Shown here: piece by piece, positions 12,317 through 25,118 of the stretch
How positions within the stretch are numbered: position 1 is the stretch's first letter
Layout: the number at the start of each line of letters is the position of its first letter
Assembly: GCF_006345805.1 (NCBI RefSeq)
Contig: NC_043006.1
Location: 27,652,001 to 27,716,000 of the forward strand
Source of the DNA: Octopus sinensis
Taxonomy: Eukaryota
Reading direction: 5' to 3'
Length of the DNA stretch: 64,000 nucleotides
Notes under the pieces: model-generated
What the model saw: the letters and a program-made list of their open reading frames with translations, nothing else
Told to the model about the DNA's origin: nothing
Databases searched by the model: none
Made by a program: the position numbers and the translations under genes

Positions 12317-13479
12317 CTGTTGTAATAAAATATTGTAGATATACATAATTAAATGCTACATGAAATGGATTATGAAATGTAATGCTAAGAGATGAATTAT
12401 TGTTGAAGAAGATTTTTCCTGAGAGAAAATGTCTACATAGACATGCTGTGTTAAAAACAATATGTATCAGAATGAGACAAACATTGTCCCAGCAGTGACC
12501 CATGAGAATGCCAGATATGTTTCAGCTTCCTTGAGCTTTGATAATGATGAGTACTTACTAGTGACATGCCTACATAAAATCTGTTCCCTCCGATGTATAG
12601 GAAACAGCGAATAATACAGTCACCAATATTGCAGAAAGCTACCAGGTTGAATAAAGAATCTACTAACAATTTTCATTACTAGATATTCTTCTATTTCCAC
12701 AAATGTGAAGTAATGGAAATTATTATACAATACTTTCAATTGGTATGCCTTTAAAAAAAAAAACCATTCCTCCTGATGATCTTGTTCTATATATAGAATG
12801 CTCTTACAAAAGAATTCAATTTCTATTCCCTCTCAGACCCAAAGTTTATATTCTCACTAAAGCTCATGTTCTTGTACCTTCAGAGTTTGCTCTGGTACTC
12901 CATCACTACCTTACTTTTATCTTCTCAACTACTCCCACCCACCTCTGTATAGAATACAGAGTAGCCATGTATCTCCTCTATAGCAAGACAACTGTACTTG
13001 TCACTTTATCTTACTTTAGTCTATCAGTATCCAGTATAAAGACACCTTCCTCTCTCAAATACTCCCCACTTAGCAGTGAGAACTCTTTCCTTTTTCTCTT
13101 TCTTTTTTCTTTTTCAGTCTTGCAAGTTACTTAGCAATGTCACTAGTGCCAGTGGCATGTAAAAAGCACCCAGTACTAAAATCACCATCTTTGATAACTT
13201 TTTAGTAAATAAATACGTTGGTTGTCTTTATTTCTTGTGCATTCACTCTATTGGTAATGCAGCCCACACTCATCATTCTCTCAGTTATTTGGCCCACAAT
13301 GAGAAAAGTTTGGTAACCTCTGATTTAGATTGATGATAGAACTTAATGCTGTCAACAAAATTTGATTCCTCTCTGTAGTTTATATATAGGTATAGCTGTG
13401 TAGTTAAGAAGCTCACTTTGCAACCACATGGATTAATTAATGAGGGAATTAAAAAGGCGATGAAACTGAACATCACCCA

Positions 13480-14125
13480 ACTTCAGACACCTAAGGAAAA
13501 AGTTAATGAAAACACATTCCATTCATTAACACACACAGTCCTGGAATAACCAACAGCTTTCACACCATAAAATCAAACTTACCTATACTCCTACGAAGCC
13601 CCAAAATGAAAACTCTGATTGAGAAAACACCTGACAGAATAGCAGATGCCAACCAAAAAATCTTAAAAACACTTCACAAGGGCAGAATTCAAATCAAAGA
13701 ATGAATAGGATTTCTTAGTAAAAGAATGTGGAGATAGGAGATGTGGAACACGCAACAATATCAACAACTTCAAATACTTGGAAAATGGTTCCCACATAAA
13801 CTTCAAGTGTGGATCCCTTGTCAAAATAAATGCAGATATGAACTGCAAAACAAAAAACCTCATATACTGCATTACCTGCCCAAACTGCAAAGAAAATTAC
13901 ATAGGCGAAACAAATAATTCCCTCTGCCAACATGCAAGAATCCACAGGCAACATATCCGACAAGAAGAATTACACAAGATTCCATTAAGTAATCATCTGG
14001 AAATATGCAGCGACGGAAAATTCTAAATTCTTCCCTTTTACAAATATGCACAAGATGATTCACAATACCAAAAAGCAATGGAACTACATTTCATCAAAAA
14101 ATTTTCTCCAAAATTGAATGTTTGA
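13480..14125 (+). mobile_element. Penelope-like GIY-YIG endonuclease remnant
   Basis: MNCKTKNLIYCITCPNCKENYIGETNNSL..R..H; ends FIKKFSPKLNV stop; in-frame stops present. Confidence 0.8.
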
Positions 14126-14519
14126 AGAAAAGCAAGAGATAGTACATTTTGTAAGTATTATACTAATGTTCTCTAATGCAAAATCATGGAACAGAAAGAG
14201 GTGTGATCGAAGTTACACAGTATAAACATTAACATGTTCCCAACCACACACACAAACACAGAAACACACACTTTTCATCAAGGGATTCTCCCTAAAATTG
14301 AATGTTCGAAGGTGAAGTGGAGAATTTGAATTCTTTATTCCAAATGTGGCTCATCTCTACAAATGTTCAGAGATATATGTGTAGCATTGGGATGTTCTAG
14401 CTTTCATCATCATCATTGTTTAACGTCCGTTTTCCTCCTGGCACGATGTGTATGTGTGTATGTATATATATATATGTGTGTGTGTGTATATACATGTATG
14501 TATGTATGTATGTATCTAT

Positions 14520-15373
14520 CTGACTACATATCCAAAAGCAACTTCAAGGGGTTTGAGTTTGAAACATCTGTAGACAAGGAGATAGTGTTTCTTGGCAAGT
14601 CCATGAGCCTCGAGGTTGATGATGGGGACATTAACAATCTTGTCAAGGAACACTCAGAGGAGCTGATGACAGATGAACTCCTGCAGCTTCAGGAGCAGCA
14701 TTAGGATGAGGTGGAAGAGATTGATTCCCTGGAGGAGGACAGTGTAGCAGAGAAAGCTATACCTACGAGTAACACAAAAGCAGTTTTGGCAAAGTGGCAA
14801 TAAGTTTCTGATTTGTAGAAAAATATCAACCTGAAAAAGTAGCTACAGGTGATGCAGCTGCTTTATTTAATGAGACAGCTCATGTGCATTTTCCTAACAT
14901 TTTGAAATGCAGGAAAAAGCAGACTTCTCTTGATTGCTTCACCTGCAAGTGTGAAAAGTGAAGAAAGTGTGTTCAAAAAGCCTAAATTAAGCAAAGTGAG
15001 AGAGAAACCACCAGAAATTGTTCATCCTGAAGTCTCAATGGAAGAGATTCTCCTTCCAAACAATAATACTCCTCCTCCCCGCTCCATCATCTTCCTTGTG
15101 CACAATTTGTCCCATCATTAAGGTAATTAAATTGATAAAACCAGTTTACATATTTCTTTTGCATTCTCTTTTATTATGTTTTTATAATTGTCATTTTCCT
15201 TGTAACTGCACCTTGTCTGTTTTAAAACCCATAAAAAATTATTTTGGTGGGCTGGAATGGATTAATTCTATTTTAACTAATTTCAATGGGGAAAACTGAT
15301 TTGTAAAATGAGTAAATCATAAGACAAGCTCGGACATAGAATGAATTAAGCTCATACTGCAAGGTGTCACTGC
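14520..15373 (+). mobile_element. Tigger/pogo-like transposon 3' remnant
   Basis: FKGFE..EIVFLGKSMSLEVDDGDINNLVKEHSEELMTDEL resembles the Tigger transposase C-terminus; ends caaggtgtcactg. Confidence 0.7.
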
Positions 15374-15384
15374 ATATATATCAT

Positions 15385-15700
15385 CCTCATTTAACCTCTG
15401 CTTTCTATGCAGGTATGCTTTGAATGGTTTGACAGGAGCTGGCAAGGCCAGGAGCCGCACCATGTTACATAGACTGTTTTGGCATGGTTTCTATGGTTCG
15501 ATGCCCTTCTTAACACCAATCGTTTACAGAGTGTAAACGGGTGCTTTTTAAGTGGCACCATCATCAGTACCTTTTACACGGCACTATCACCAGTGCTTTT
15601 TATGTAGCACTACCCCCAGTGCTTTTTATGTGACATCAGCACCAGTGCTTTTTATGTGGCACCAGCATCGAGAGGATCACCAAATACTTTGCAAGACAAA
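15385..15700 (-). mobile_element. RTE 3'-tail copy, inverted relative to 17440-18087
   Basis: Reverse complement of the tail, with repeated gtgcttttatgtggcacca units. Confidence 0.7.
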
Positions 15701-16032
15701 AACACCACAACAGGAAGTGGGAGGAGTAGTATTGAGGGGGATGGCCTTGAGCCAGTTAAGATCTATATGTATGTGTGTGCATGTCTTTATGCCTGTCTGT
15801 CCACCCTACCACTGCGGTAGGTGCAGGTTTGTTTACATTCCCCAATTTTAGCATTTCAGCAAAAGAGACTGATAAGTACTATATTTTTTAAAAATATGTA
15901 CTGAGGTCAATCTTTTCACCTAAAACCCTTCAAGGCAATGCCCCAGCATGGGGCCACTGTGTAATAACTGAAACAAGAAAAAAATAAAAGATAAAAATAC
16001 ATATGAAAATTGCAATGCATTTTGAAACTTAC

Positions 16033-16115
16033 CCTTCACAGATTTTTCGCACTCTTGACTTAAGTTGATCTCCTTGGAAAAATACAATAAACACAGACTT
16101 GTACACATGATCTCC
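16033..16115 (-). CDS. ATP6V0A1: V-ATPase subunit a exon (GDHVYKSVFIVFFQGDQLKSRVRKICE-G)
   Basis: KSVFIxFFQGDQLKxRVxKICEG motif; tttttatag acceptor and gtaagt donor; 83 nt. Confidence 0.97.
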
Positions 16116-16356
16116 CTATAAAAAAACAATCAAAATATCAAGAGTATAAAAATATTTTTTTATATAGTCCACGATAAATTAGGGAAATAATATAATTTAT
16201 GATTACTTTTATGTAATCTTTTAACACAATTTACTGTACAATTTTTTCTAAAAACCAGAGCAGTTTGAAATTAAACTTTGAAGTTTTAAGTATGAAGTTA
16301 AATTTTTGTTATCTGACATTTAAATTGAACTTCACATGCATATACATATACATATA

Positions 16357-16515
16357 GGCACAGGTATGGCGATGTGGTTAAGAAGTTTATTTTCAAATTA
16401 CATAGTTTTGGATTCAGTCTCATTGCATTGCACCTTGAGCAAGCTTTTTCTGCTATGGCCTCAGGTCAACTACAGGTTTGTCACTTGAAACTGAAAGAGG
16501 ATTGTCATATATATG

Positions 16516-16552
<37 letters not shown>

Positions 16553-16710
16553 ATGCATGAGTTTGTGTGAGCAAATTTGTATTTCCTTTTGTCTTTACAT
16601 ATGTTTGCTGGTTGTAAACAATGACCTCTCTGTTTATGCTGACCATTCACTTGCAGTCCACAAGCAAAAATATGTCTGTTTGGTCTTCTTGATATGCCTT
16701 GACATGTAAC
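16357..16710 (+). mobile_element. Same SINE family, older copy; partial copies at about 1890-2090, 6330-6525, 7870-8010, 15700-15980, 22450-22720, 32278-32460, 58420-58790 and 62200-62360
   Basis: ggcacaggtatggcgatgtggttaagaag head, gaaactgaaag then (TG)n. Confidence 0.7.
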
Positions 16711-17439
16711 ACAATCTTTGTAAACCAAAGGTTCATTCAAACAGTGTTGTTTTTTTCCATTTCTCTGCACAGCTACCTCCAGGCTGTTTTTTCTTCAATA
16801 CATTAGGAGGTTGCTTAAAAACAACTTTAACTTATTGTGTAGCCGATCTCACTGTTGCCAATGAGAAACCAACTACAGAGCTTGTATACAGTCTCTAGAT
16901 CTGCCAGAAATAGTACACAATTCTACAGGTCACCTCCTACTGTCTTAAAAAGGAAGGATACAATAGGCAAAGGTAGTCCAACATAATAGTATGAACGAAA
17001 ATAAGATTAGATGGTCATGGCTAGAAAACCTATGATCACATTAGAGTTGACTTAGGACCAAACAACAATAATTCAAGCCATGTTTCTTTTCCTAAGATGA
17101 GCAGAATTATTACATGCAGTTTCTATTGTGTGAAATATACTCTTCTATGGAATTCCTACTTCTTCCAACACTTTATCACCATTCTTCTGTGGATGAAGAA
17201 TATTGTTCTTCTTCCTTCCACAACGATAGAACACAACTTCAAAGTATTTCACATTAAAAAATATATAAATATTGTAAATAGAGACTTAACAAACTGTATA
17301 CAAATACGGTCAACAGTCTCCATTCTGAACAAATGCCGTGGAATTTTTATTTGGCTCAAAAGAAAAAAAGTTTTTCTCCAAATAGATTGTAACTAATATT
17401 GCATACTGAAACCTTTGGAGATATGCTGTAATTGAGAAG

Positions 17440-18087
17440 ACGCAGAAACTAAAGCGAGACCACAGCCATGGCTGATGCCAGTGTTGCAGGTCTGGCCCAC
17501 TTAAGAGTACCCTTCATGCATTGGGCAATATGATATGCTTGAAAAGACCTGTTGAGTCAAGTAAAAACAAAATCATAGCTGTGGCCAGTGCCCCCTGACT
17601 GGCTCCTGTTCCAGTGGCACATAAAATGCATCAATGCCAGTGTCCCCTAACTGGCTCCTGTGCTGGTGGCACGTAAAACACACTGAACATGGCTGATGCC
17701 AGTACCCCTAACTGGCTCCTATGCCGGTGGCACATAAAAAGCACTATCCAAACATGATCAATGCCAGGACCATCTAACTGATCCCCATGCCAGTGGCATG
17801 TAAAATGCACCATCCGAACATGGCCGATACCAGTACCCCCTAACTGGCACTTGTGCTGGTGGCACATAAAAAGCACTATCTGAATGTGATTGATGACTGG
17901 CTCCTGTGCCGGTGGCACATAAAAAGAACCCTGGTTGGTGTTAGGAAGGGCATCCAGCTGTAGAAACATTGCCAGATCAGATTGGAACCTGGTGCAGCCA
18001 CTGGCTCTCCAGACCTCAGTCAAATCGTCCAACCCATGCCAGCATGGAAATGGATGTTAAATGATGATGATGATGATGATGATGATA
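17440..18087 (+). mobile_element. RTE 3'-tail copy with a tandemly expanded 60-70 bp module
   Basis: About six units gccagtacccc(t)aactggctcctgtgccggtggcacataaaa..., then the standard tail and a long (GAT)n ending about 70 bp from an exon donor. Confidence 0.85.
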
Positions 18088-18155
18088 ATTGTTAGTCATT
18101 ATCCAAAAAATCTGCCAGCAATTGAAAATGCTGTAAGACATATAGAAATACTTAC

Positions 18156-18282
18156 AGTGACAGGATCTTCCAAAGGTGGCTCAATTTCTGCTTGTTTTAG
18201 GAAAACATTACCTCGGCAAACTCTCCATAACATTCGTTCAAAGGCTGGGATACGTTCACGATGAATAACACCAGCCAAGAAC
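18156..18282 (-). CDS. ATP6V0A1: V-ATPase subunit a exon ([42 protein letters not shown])
   Basis: Hallmark [14 protein letters not shown] motif; ttattcag acceptor and gtaagt donor; 127 nt. Confidence 0.97.
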
Positions 18283-21200
18283 CTGAATAAATGTATATAC
18301 AACAATTACAATTATCAAATGTCATCATAAAAAGAAAGCTTAAATAGTAATAATTCAGTAAAGTTTAAATTATTTATTTATATAATAATAAATATTCCTT
18401 TTCTTTATAAAATAAATATTATAAATCAAATATTTATTGTCTATTAACTAATTTTTCATTTAATACTTAATAGAAATATATATTCACAATCAAATCCTAT
18501 AACAGCAAAATTTTGGTTACAAATGGAATGTGATTTTAGACCCAACTGTGGACTGTTATCTGTCATTTAAAACTTGTTGATCACCAAACTTAAGACAAAT
18601 ATTCGCCATTTAAGTAAATCTGTGCAATCACTTCACAAACAGTATGAGGATATCTCATTCTATTCAGATATGTAGGAGAGGAATTTAGATAAGTAAATCA
18701 ACTCCAGTACATGTCTAGTTGTTGACCCCAGCAAGAATTCAGAAATATAACATCAAAAGAGACAAAATATAAATACTGTAATATATTTAATGAAATCTTT
18801 ACCATTTCATCTACTTCCTAATGCAGAATATTTTTCTCCTACTTCCCACAGATAATCAGTTAATCAATTGAAATTAAACTTAATCTAAATATATCTTAAA
18901 GTAAATTCAATTTCAAAAGATTCTGCTATTTCTCCAAACACACAAATAGCTTCTTTTATTTCATAAAATCTACATATTGGTTTCTTTCTAAATGCAAAAG
19001 GTACATATTGTAAGAGTTAAAATAAATCTGATTGCTTATAAACTAATATATTATAGATATTTACTATCCATTTTATAGATCCTAGAATGATGACACACAG
19101 TCAAAGCAAAAGATCGTTGATATAATTCCACATTAAACAAGCAAAATTTTCCAGGATCTCATCTAAGAAAAAAACTGCAACAAACTTAGTTTTATGGATT
19201 ATTTGAATGCTAAGCCTAGTCTATTTTATTTCATCCAAGGAAAGAAGAGTGAAGGAAGATATGGTTATTCTTTCTTGTGATGCCTATTTCATTTCTTTAT
19301 TTTGTCAAGCAAACATATTTATCAGTAGCAATTATAAATAGTGAGATATGAACTGATTCTATTTCCAAATAACATGACTAAATTAATTAAAAACCAAACT
19401 AGCCAGTAAGCTATAATTTATATACTGAAATAATAGTTCTATGTAGCTTCAGATAAAGTTTCCATTGACAGACATGCAGATCAAAAACTGGCCTTTATAG
19501 ACCATGATTAGAAAACCATTGTTATATCATAGTGTATACTGTTTCACAATTATGAGAAAGTAATTACCAAAAAAAACAAAAAAACACTTAAGATATTTTA
19601 ATACACAACTAAGCATAATGCCTTTTATAAAAAGATACATATGTAAAATTTTATCATTTATCCAAAATAACATGTTTGTGAACCATTGTTGTATAGAATC
19701 ACTTTATGTTAAATGTAATATGTTCATAAATATTTAACCTGTCAAAGTAAAGCTATGTTGTCCAGGACAAAATATTGGATATTGTGACAGAATACTAGAT
19801 TAATATCAACATAGATTATTTAGAACACTATCAAGATGTTCATCTTTAAAAAAAGGGTAAAAATTGAATCTGATTAAAAACTGCAAGTCAGTGACATAAC
19901 TATGTAGCAGCAATAAATAATGAAGGAGTTGGTTTCAATATCATAAACAATATCAATAAATGCCTGACAATAATTTACTTAATTAAATCATTAATTAATC
20001 TTATTTTAAGGTACCACTGGAGACATCTAGCGAGAGAAACCATGTCAGAAAGCGGCATGATGTGAACTTTGCAAATCACATCAGAATAAATGTGGGCGGT
20101 AACTTTAAGAACAGATACAGGAATAGAAGGGACTCTTTAGTCCTCCTATACAGGGCAAACTCTCAAGGGCTGGTGGCATGATAAAATACATGGTGATGAT
20201 GATGTTGACAACAATCATGACGATAACAATGTAGACAATGATGATGACTATAATGATGATAATGATGATGACCACAGTAACTGAATCCCACTATATTGTG
20301 GTTATTTCATGCATGAAAATATTGGAACTAATAAAACCCATCTCTTTAGTAGCCATTAATCCAGATTAAAAGATAATTAAACTAACACAATGTTTCTTAG
20401 ATTAAAAATAAAGAAACATTGTTTTAGGCCACTATACATTCAATACTTGTAACAACACAATTCATGAAGTATTTATATCTCAAAACTGATTGTCCCTGTT
20501 GCTAAAAGTTACACATTATTCTATAATAATTAAAGAAAAAACAGGATTTTCTATTCTTTTTTTGTTTTCTACATTTTTAATGAAGTCATACAATTTGATA
20601 GTGAACAGCATCATTACAGTAGTATGATGATCCCAATAAAATAATTTGGGACTAAAGACCAACGTGGGGCTGATGACATTCTGCAGATGTCATCTGCGGA
20701 AAAACATGCACAGTGAAATGAAATTGTATTAAAAATCTGCATAATAATTGTCATTTCTTTAGCAAAAAACAAAAAGCAAAAAAGCTGGAAATTTACACAC
20801 ACACATACCTATATATAATTGGATATACATATAAATCTGTACCTGTCAAACCTTCCCCAGCATTTTCATAACATCCATATCTCTCTCACTCCTCTAACTA
20901 CAGTACTATTTCTTAGTACTTAACTAGCAGAACTGCACGTATTCCTTCCCACTTTTTGTTACCAGTAACTCCTCTTCTTGGAACCACTTCCTTTGCCACC
21001 CATCCCACACTCCAACATCATCCCTTATATATGTCCTTTGAATGCCCATTTCCCCTAAACACCCTTTCACCTTAACCATCAACACCCCTTTTTGCAACTC
21101 ACTATATTCACCCCTAGGTATTCCTGACCTCTGTCTCTATCACTGTGCATCTTTTGTCACCCCAACACTTCACCTATTTCACACCAGTTCACAGTTTTAT

Positions 21201-21567
21201 TATGCTATTGTTCTCCACCACCCTCACTATCACTTCCTCTTTTTTTATATATTACCACCTATTGCCTCATAAGAATAAAATTTATGATTTATGTCATTTT
21301 TCGTTCCCAACTTTGACCCTTCATAAATCCAAAATTTTATTTTAGAATTTATGGGAACAACAGTCTTTGAAGACTCATATTGTCATTGAATGCTCGAAAT
21401 GAGGAGTAGATAGACAGTCAACAACTGATGGAGGGTCCTATCTCCGTGTTAACTTGTCCAGTTTTCCATTTTTCCTCATTGTTTATCTACTTCACTTGTT
21501 TTTCCCTCGTTTGTTTACATATTTCATGCTAATTGCACTGTTGGTAATGTTCTGTACCCATATATGC

Positions 21568-21605
<38 letters not shown>

Positions 21606-22201
21606 TATATACTAGCAGTATCGCCCGGCGTTGCTCGGTTTTGTAACGGAAATAACTATATAAGCATTTTTAGAGAGTTACTTCCCTTATATAACCCGAT
21701 TAAAATTAAATCGAACTAAAATTAATTCTATTTAAAAATATAGTCACTCATCAGGTCTAAGATAATAAACAATAAAAAATAATATTAGAATAAATGTACT
21801 TATCATAACTTATACTAATTATCATCTAAATATATTTTTAAAAATACATGTATTAATTATAAATAATCGAAAAGCATTTAACAATATTTCTTAAAATAAA
21901 AATATAACTTATCTTGAAGGATTTTCGTTAATTATAGATTTAAATGTAAAATGTCAAACTTAGCATTTATAAGTAATATATCATGGGAAAATATGGCGAA
22001 AATAGAATTTATAGAACACCAAGATAAAAAACAATAAAATAATTAAATAAATATATGTATATCATCTTGTAAGAAATATACAAGATAATATTATACATAT
22101 ATTTGTTTATCTAATTATCAATAATTTATTAATTATTAATAACATATTACTAGATATTATATGTATATTTATTTTTTTAACTATTTCATTGTTTTTTATC
22201 T

Positions 22202-22284
22202 TGGACCTGATGAGTGACTATATTTAAACTGAATTGATTTTACTGTTATCAGTTAGAAAATATAGCCACGAAACATGTATAGTC
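22202..22284 (+). ncRNA. Hammerhead-like motif with long stem II
   Basis: CTGATGA (22207-22213); gtgactatattt pairs with aaatatagccac (one mismatch); inner aactga/tcagtt; GAAA (22270-22273); palindromic CATG then TA; stem I gac/gtc offset by 2 nt. Confidence 0.55.
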
Positions 22285-23932
22285 TTTTTACTAATTATAT
22301 ACTATTTATTATTTTGTACTTTAATTAGTTATATGTTTTTATCATATATTTAATTTTTTTTCTATGTGGTATGATTTGATTATATCATTGTTGAATTGCT
22401 ACATGGTGGTTCTTCTCTAATTTATATACATACATATACATATATATATATATATATACTATAGCCTCAGGCCAACCAAAGCTTTGTGAGTGGATTTCAT
22501 ACAAAGAAACTGAAAGAAGACTGTTGTATATATGTGTATATTTGTGTGTGTGTGTGTGTGTGTGTGTTTATGCTTGTACCCCCACCATTGCTTGACAACT
22601 AATGTTGGTGGGTTTACGTCCCCATAACTTGGTGCTTCGGCAAAAGACACCAACTAGGCTTACAAAGAATAAATCCTGGAGTTGATCTGTTCGACTGAAA
22701 CAAATAAAAGAATAAAAAACTCTGCTACTTTCATCCAGAGCAACACTGGGTATCTCTGCCAATCCTATTATAAATTTCAGTGATGTTCCTCTGTCCATTA
22801 CATTTTTATGTTCATTAACTCCTCCTAGACCATTGGCGCAAGGACAATGAAACTCAAACTAGCAACTCCCTTAATTCCAGGGAATGTCCTAATGGGGCCT
22901 ATTTTTTTAAGAGTCCCATAACTGGAGCCCAGCTAACTCCGCTATTTTTACTATATTTTAAACTAAATACATGGCACTGATGACCAAATCAGAGCAATGA
23001 CAATGAATTTCATACCATGAACTTCCAGGGAGTATCGTAAGGATGTTCAATTACTGAAGAGCCACTTAAATGGGGCTCCACTGACCCCATTATGTTTACT
23101 GTATTTACCTTGTTCTTATGCTTATCGATTAAACTATGAACAGCATCAGTGCTTAGCATATTTGCAGAAATAAGTTTGGCCATTCTAAATACCTTCACAT
23201 ACATTCAAATCAAGCTAGAGTTATAACAGGTACGTTTCAAGTGTGGTAGCATGGATATTTATATATATACACACACACACACACATACATGTATATGTAC
23301 ATATATATATAAACAAAACAAAAAATGGAACAAGAATGTAACAGGCAACAACAAAACATTCAGACAGTTAGAGGATACAAAAAAGGACAGGAAAAAAAAG
23401 GATGGGTCATTCAGAGCTTTCAATGTTCAGTCAAGTACCAGATCATCTTTGCAGTTTCGGCCGGTTACTCTCGAAACTGCTCTAATCTGGCTGGCCCCAA
23501 GAAAATCTAAGCTAAGAGCACTAGATTCTTTGGAAGAAAGCAAGTGAATATATACGAAAACAAGGACAAAACAAAAAAATAAAACGGAGAAATGGTACAC
23601 ATTTACAAATACAAACAACAGGACATTAGCAACAGGTGTCTTTCAACTAAGGACGAATTAAATTAAGCTGGCATGTGTGGAAATGAAGCCTTACGGCAGG
23701 AACATAGAAGATGAAAGTCATGGGAAGGAATATAAGAGATGCTACACATATCGTAGTCAAACCATGAAAGAAAAGTAAGGCTTGGCTGAACACCAACCAC
23801 GTGGAAGGAGAGGAGAGAGGTAGTGGGTAGAGGGATTAAAGAATTAGGGAGGGACGAGAAAGACAGAAAAAAAGAAAGGGACAGAATAAAAGTAAAGAAG
23901 GAGGGAAAGTGATGAGAATGAAGAGAAGGCCA

Positions 23933-23972
<40 letters not shown>

Positions 23973-24092
23973 AGTAAAGGTAATAAACCTCCTTCAGGGA
24001 TCATAAATCCAATGAAAATACTGTTTAGTTACCAATCTATAGAAAGATAAACTATAAGGTAACCATATAAACTGTGGTTCATGCATATATAT

Positions 24093-24240
24093 GTGGTTGG
24101 CGTTAGGAAGGGCATCTAGCTGTAGAAACATTGCCAGATCGGATTGAAGCCTGGTGCAGCCTTCTGGCTCGCCAACCCTCAAACTGTCCAGCCCATGCCA
24201 GCATGGAAAGCGGACATTAAACGACAATTATGATGATGAT
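24093..24240 (+). mobile_element. RTE 3'-tail copy
   Basis: gtggttggcgttaggaagggcatctagctgtagaaa..cggacattaaacga..gatgatgat. Confidence 0.8.
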
Positions 24241-24670
24241 AATTATTATAGATAAGTATGATATGACATTATTATATATCTATATATACATGCATTTTTC
24301 TGCTTCCTTTTTTCCTTTCTCTTTTTCTCCTTCTCAATACCCTTTAATATTATATTAATCTTTTTTCTTTTATTTAAGACACAAAATATACACTACCTGT
24401 TCCCCTACATTCAATAGTGGAATTATTATTTTATATTTTATATTCATAAATACACGAGTTTTTCTGCTTCCATATTTCCTTTTTCTTTTCTCTTTCACAA
24501 TACCCTATGATATTAATCTCTTCATTTCTTTCTTTAAGACATATAATAATAATACCTTCTCCCCTAAATTAGATTGGTTTCTTCGGTAACCAGCTCTTTT
24601 AGTATATTTACTATCAATTAACAGATTCATAGCTGTTATCTCAACATGTATTTCTAATTGGTATATCCTT

Positions 24671-24760
24671 ACTACCTCTGAAGAGATTTGTCTTATAATG
24701 ATTTTAATTTTATAAATTAATTATTTTGAGATTTCTGAAACGAAACAGCTGTCAGAGATG
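24671..24760 (+). ncRNA. Degenerate hammerhead-like motif
   Basis: CTGAAGA at 24678 and GAAA-CAGCTG-TC at 24742-24753 (palindromic stem III, GUC triplet); stems I and II eroded. Confidence 0.4.
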
Positions 24761-25118
24761 TTGTCATATTTTACAATTAATAAATAATTTTATTAATTAC
24801 CTCTCCATTTTCTCTTTATTCTTTACACACACATACACACACATATATGTATGCATACAGATATATATATATATATGTATACATGCACATATATGCATAT
24901 ATATATGTATACATACACATATATGCACATATATATATATGTATATGCATATATATATATATATATTATATATATATATACTTACACGTATATGCATATC
25001 TACATATATATAGTTACACATATATGCATATATTAACATACACATATGCAAATTTCATTGGATGTGCAATGTCAGTGTGCATGTTCAAGAGAGCATAAGC
25101 ATCTTGAGAGAAAAGTCA

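Noticed and set aside
17440-17930. Regularly spaced repeats resembling a CRISPR array
   Set aside because: Spacers are homologous to each other, the unit is part of the RTE 3' UTR, and the context is eukaryotic with no cas genes.
20600-20693. Strong-looking acceptor ttttccgcag followed by ATG
   Set aside because: Stop after 13 codons in phase 0 and an immediate stop in phase 2; no good donor.
21365-21450. TGAAGA..GAAA..CTGATG motifs here and on the minus strand at about 32590-32680
   Set aside because: Probably a decayed Penelope-type tail, but no consistent three-stem fold could be drawn.
23010-23204. 64-aa minus-strand ORF with a gtatga donor-like end, considered as a third linker exon
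   Set aside because: The donor is in phase 0 in this frame, and the phase-2 frame has an upstream stop with no usable acceptor.
23438-23490. Hairpin ccagat..gcagtttcg/cgaaactgc..atctgg in a Penelope-like tail
   Set aside because: Real inverted repeat but no CUGANGA core; not called a ribozyme.
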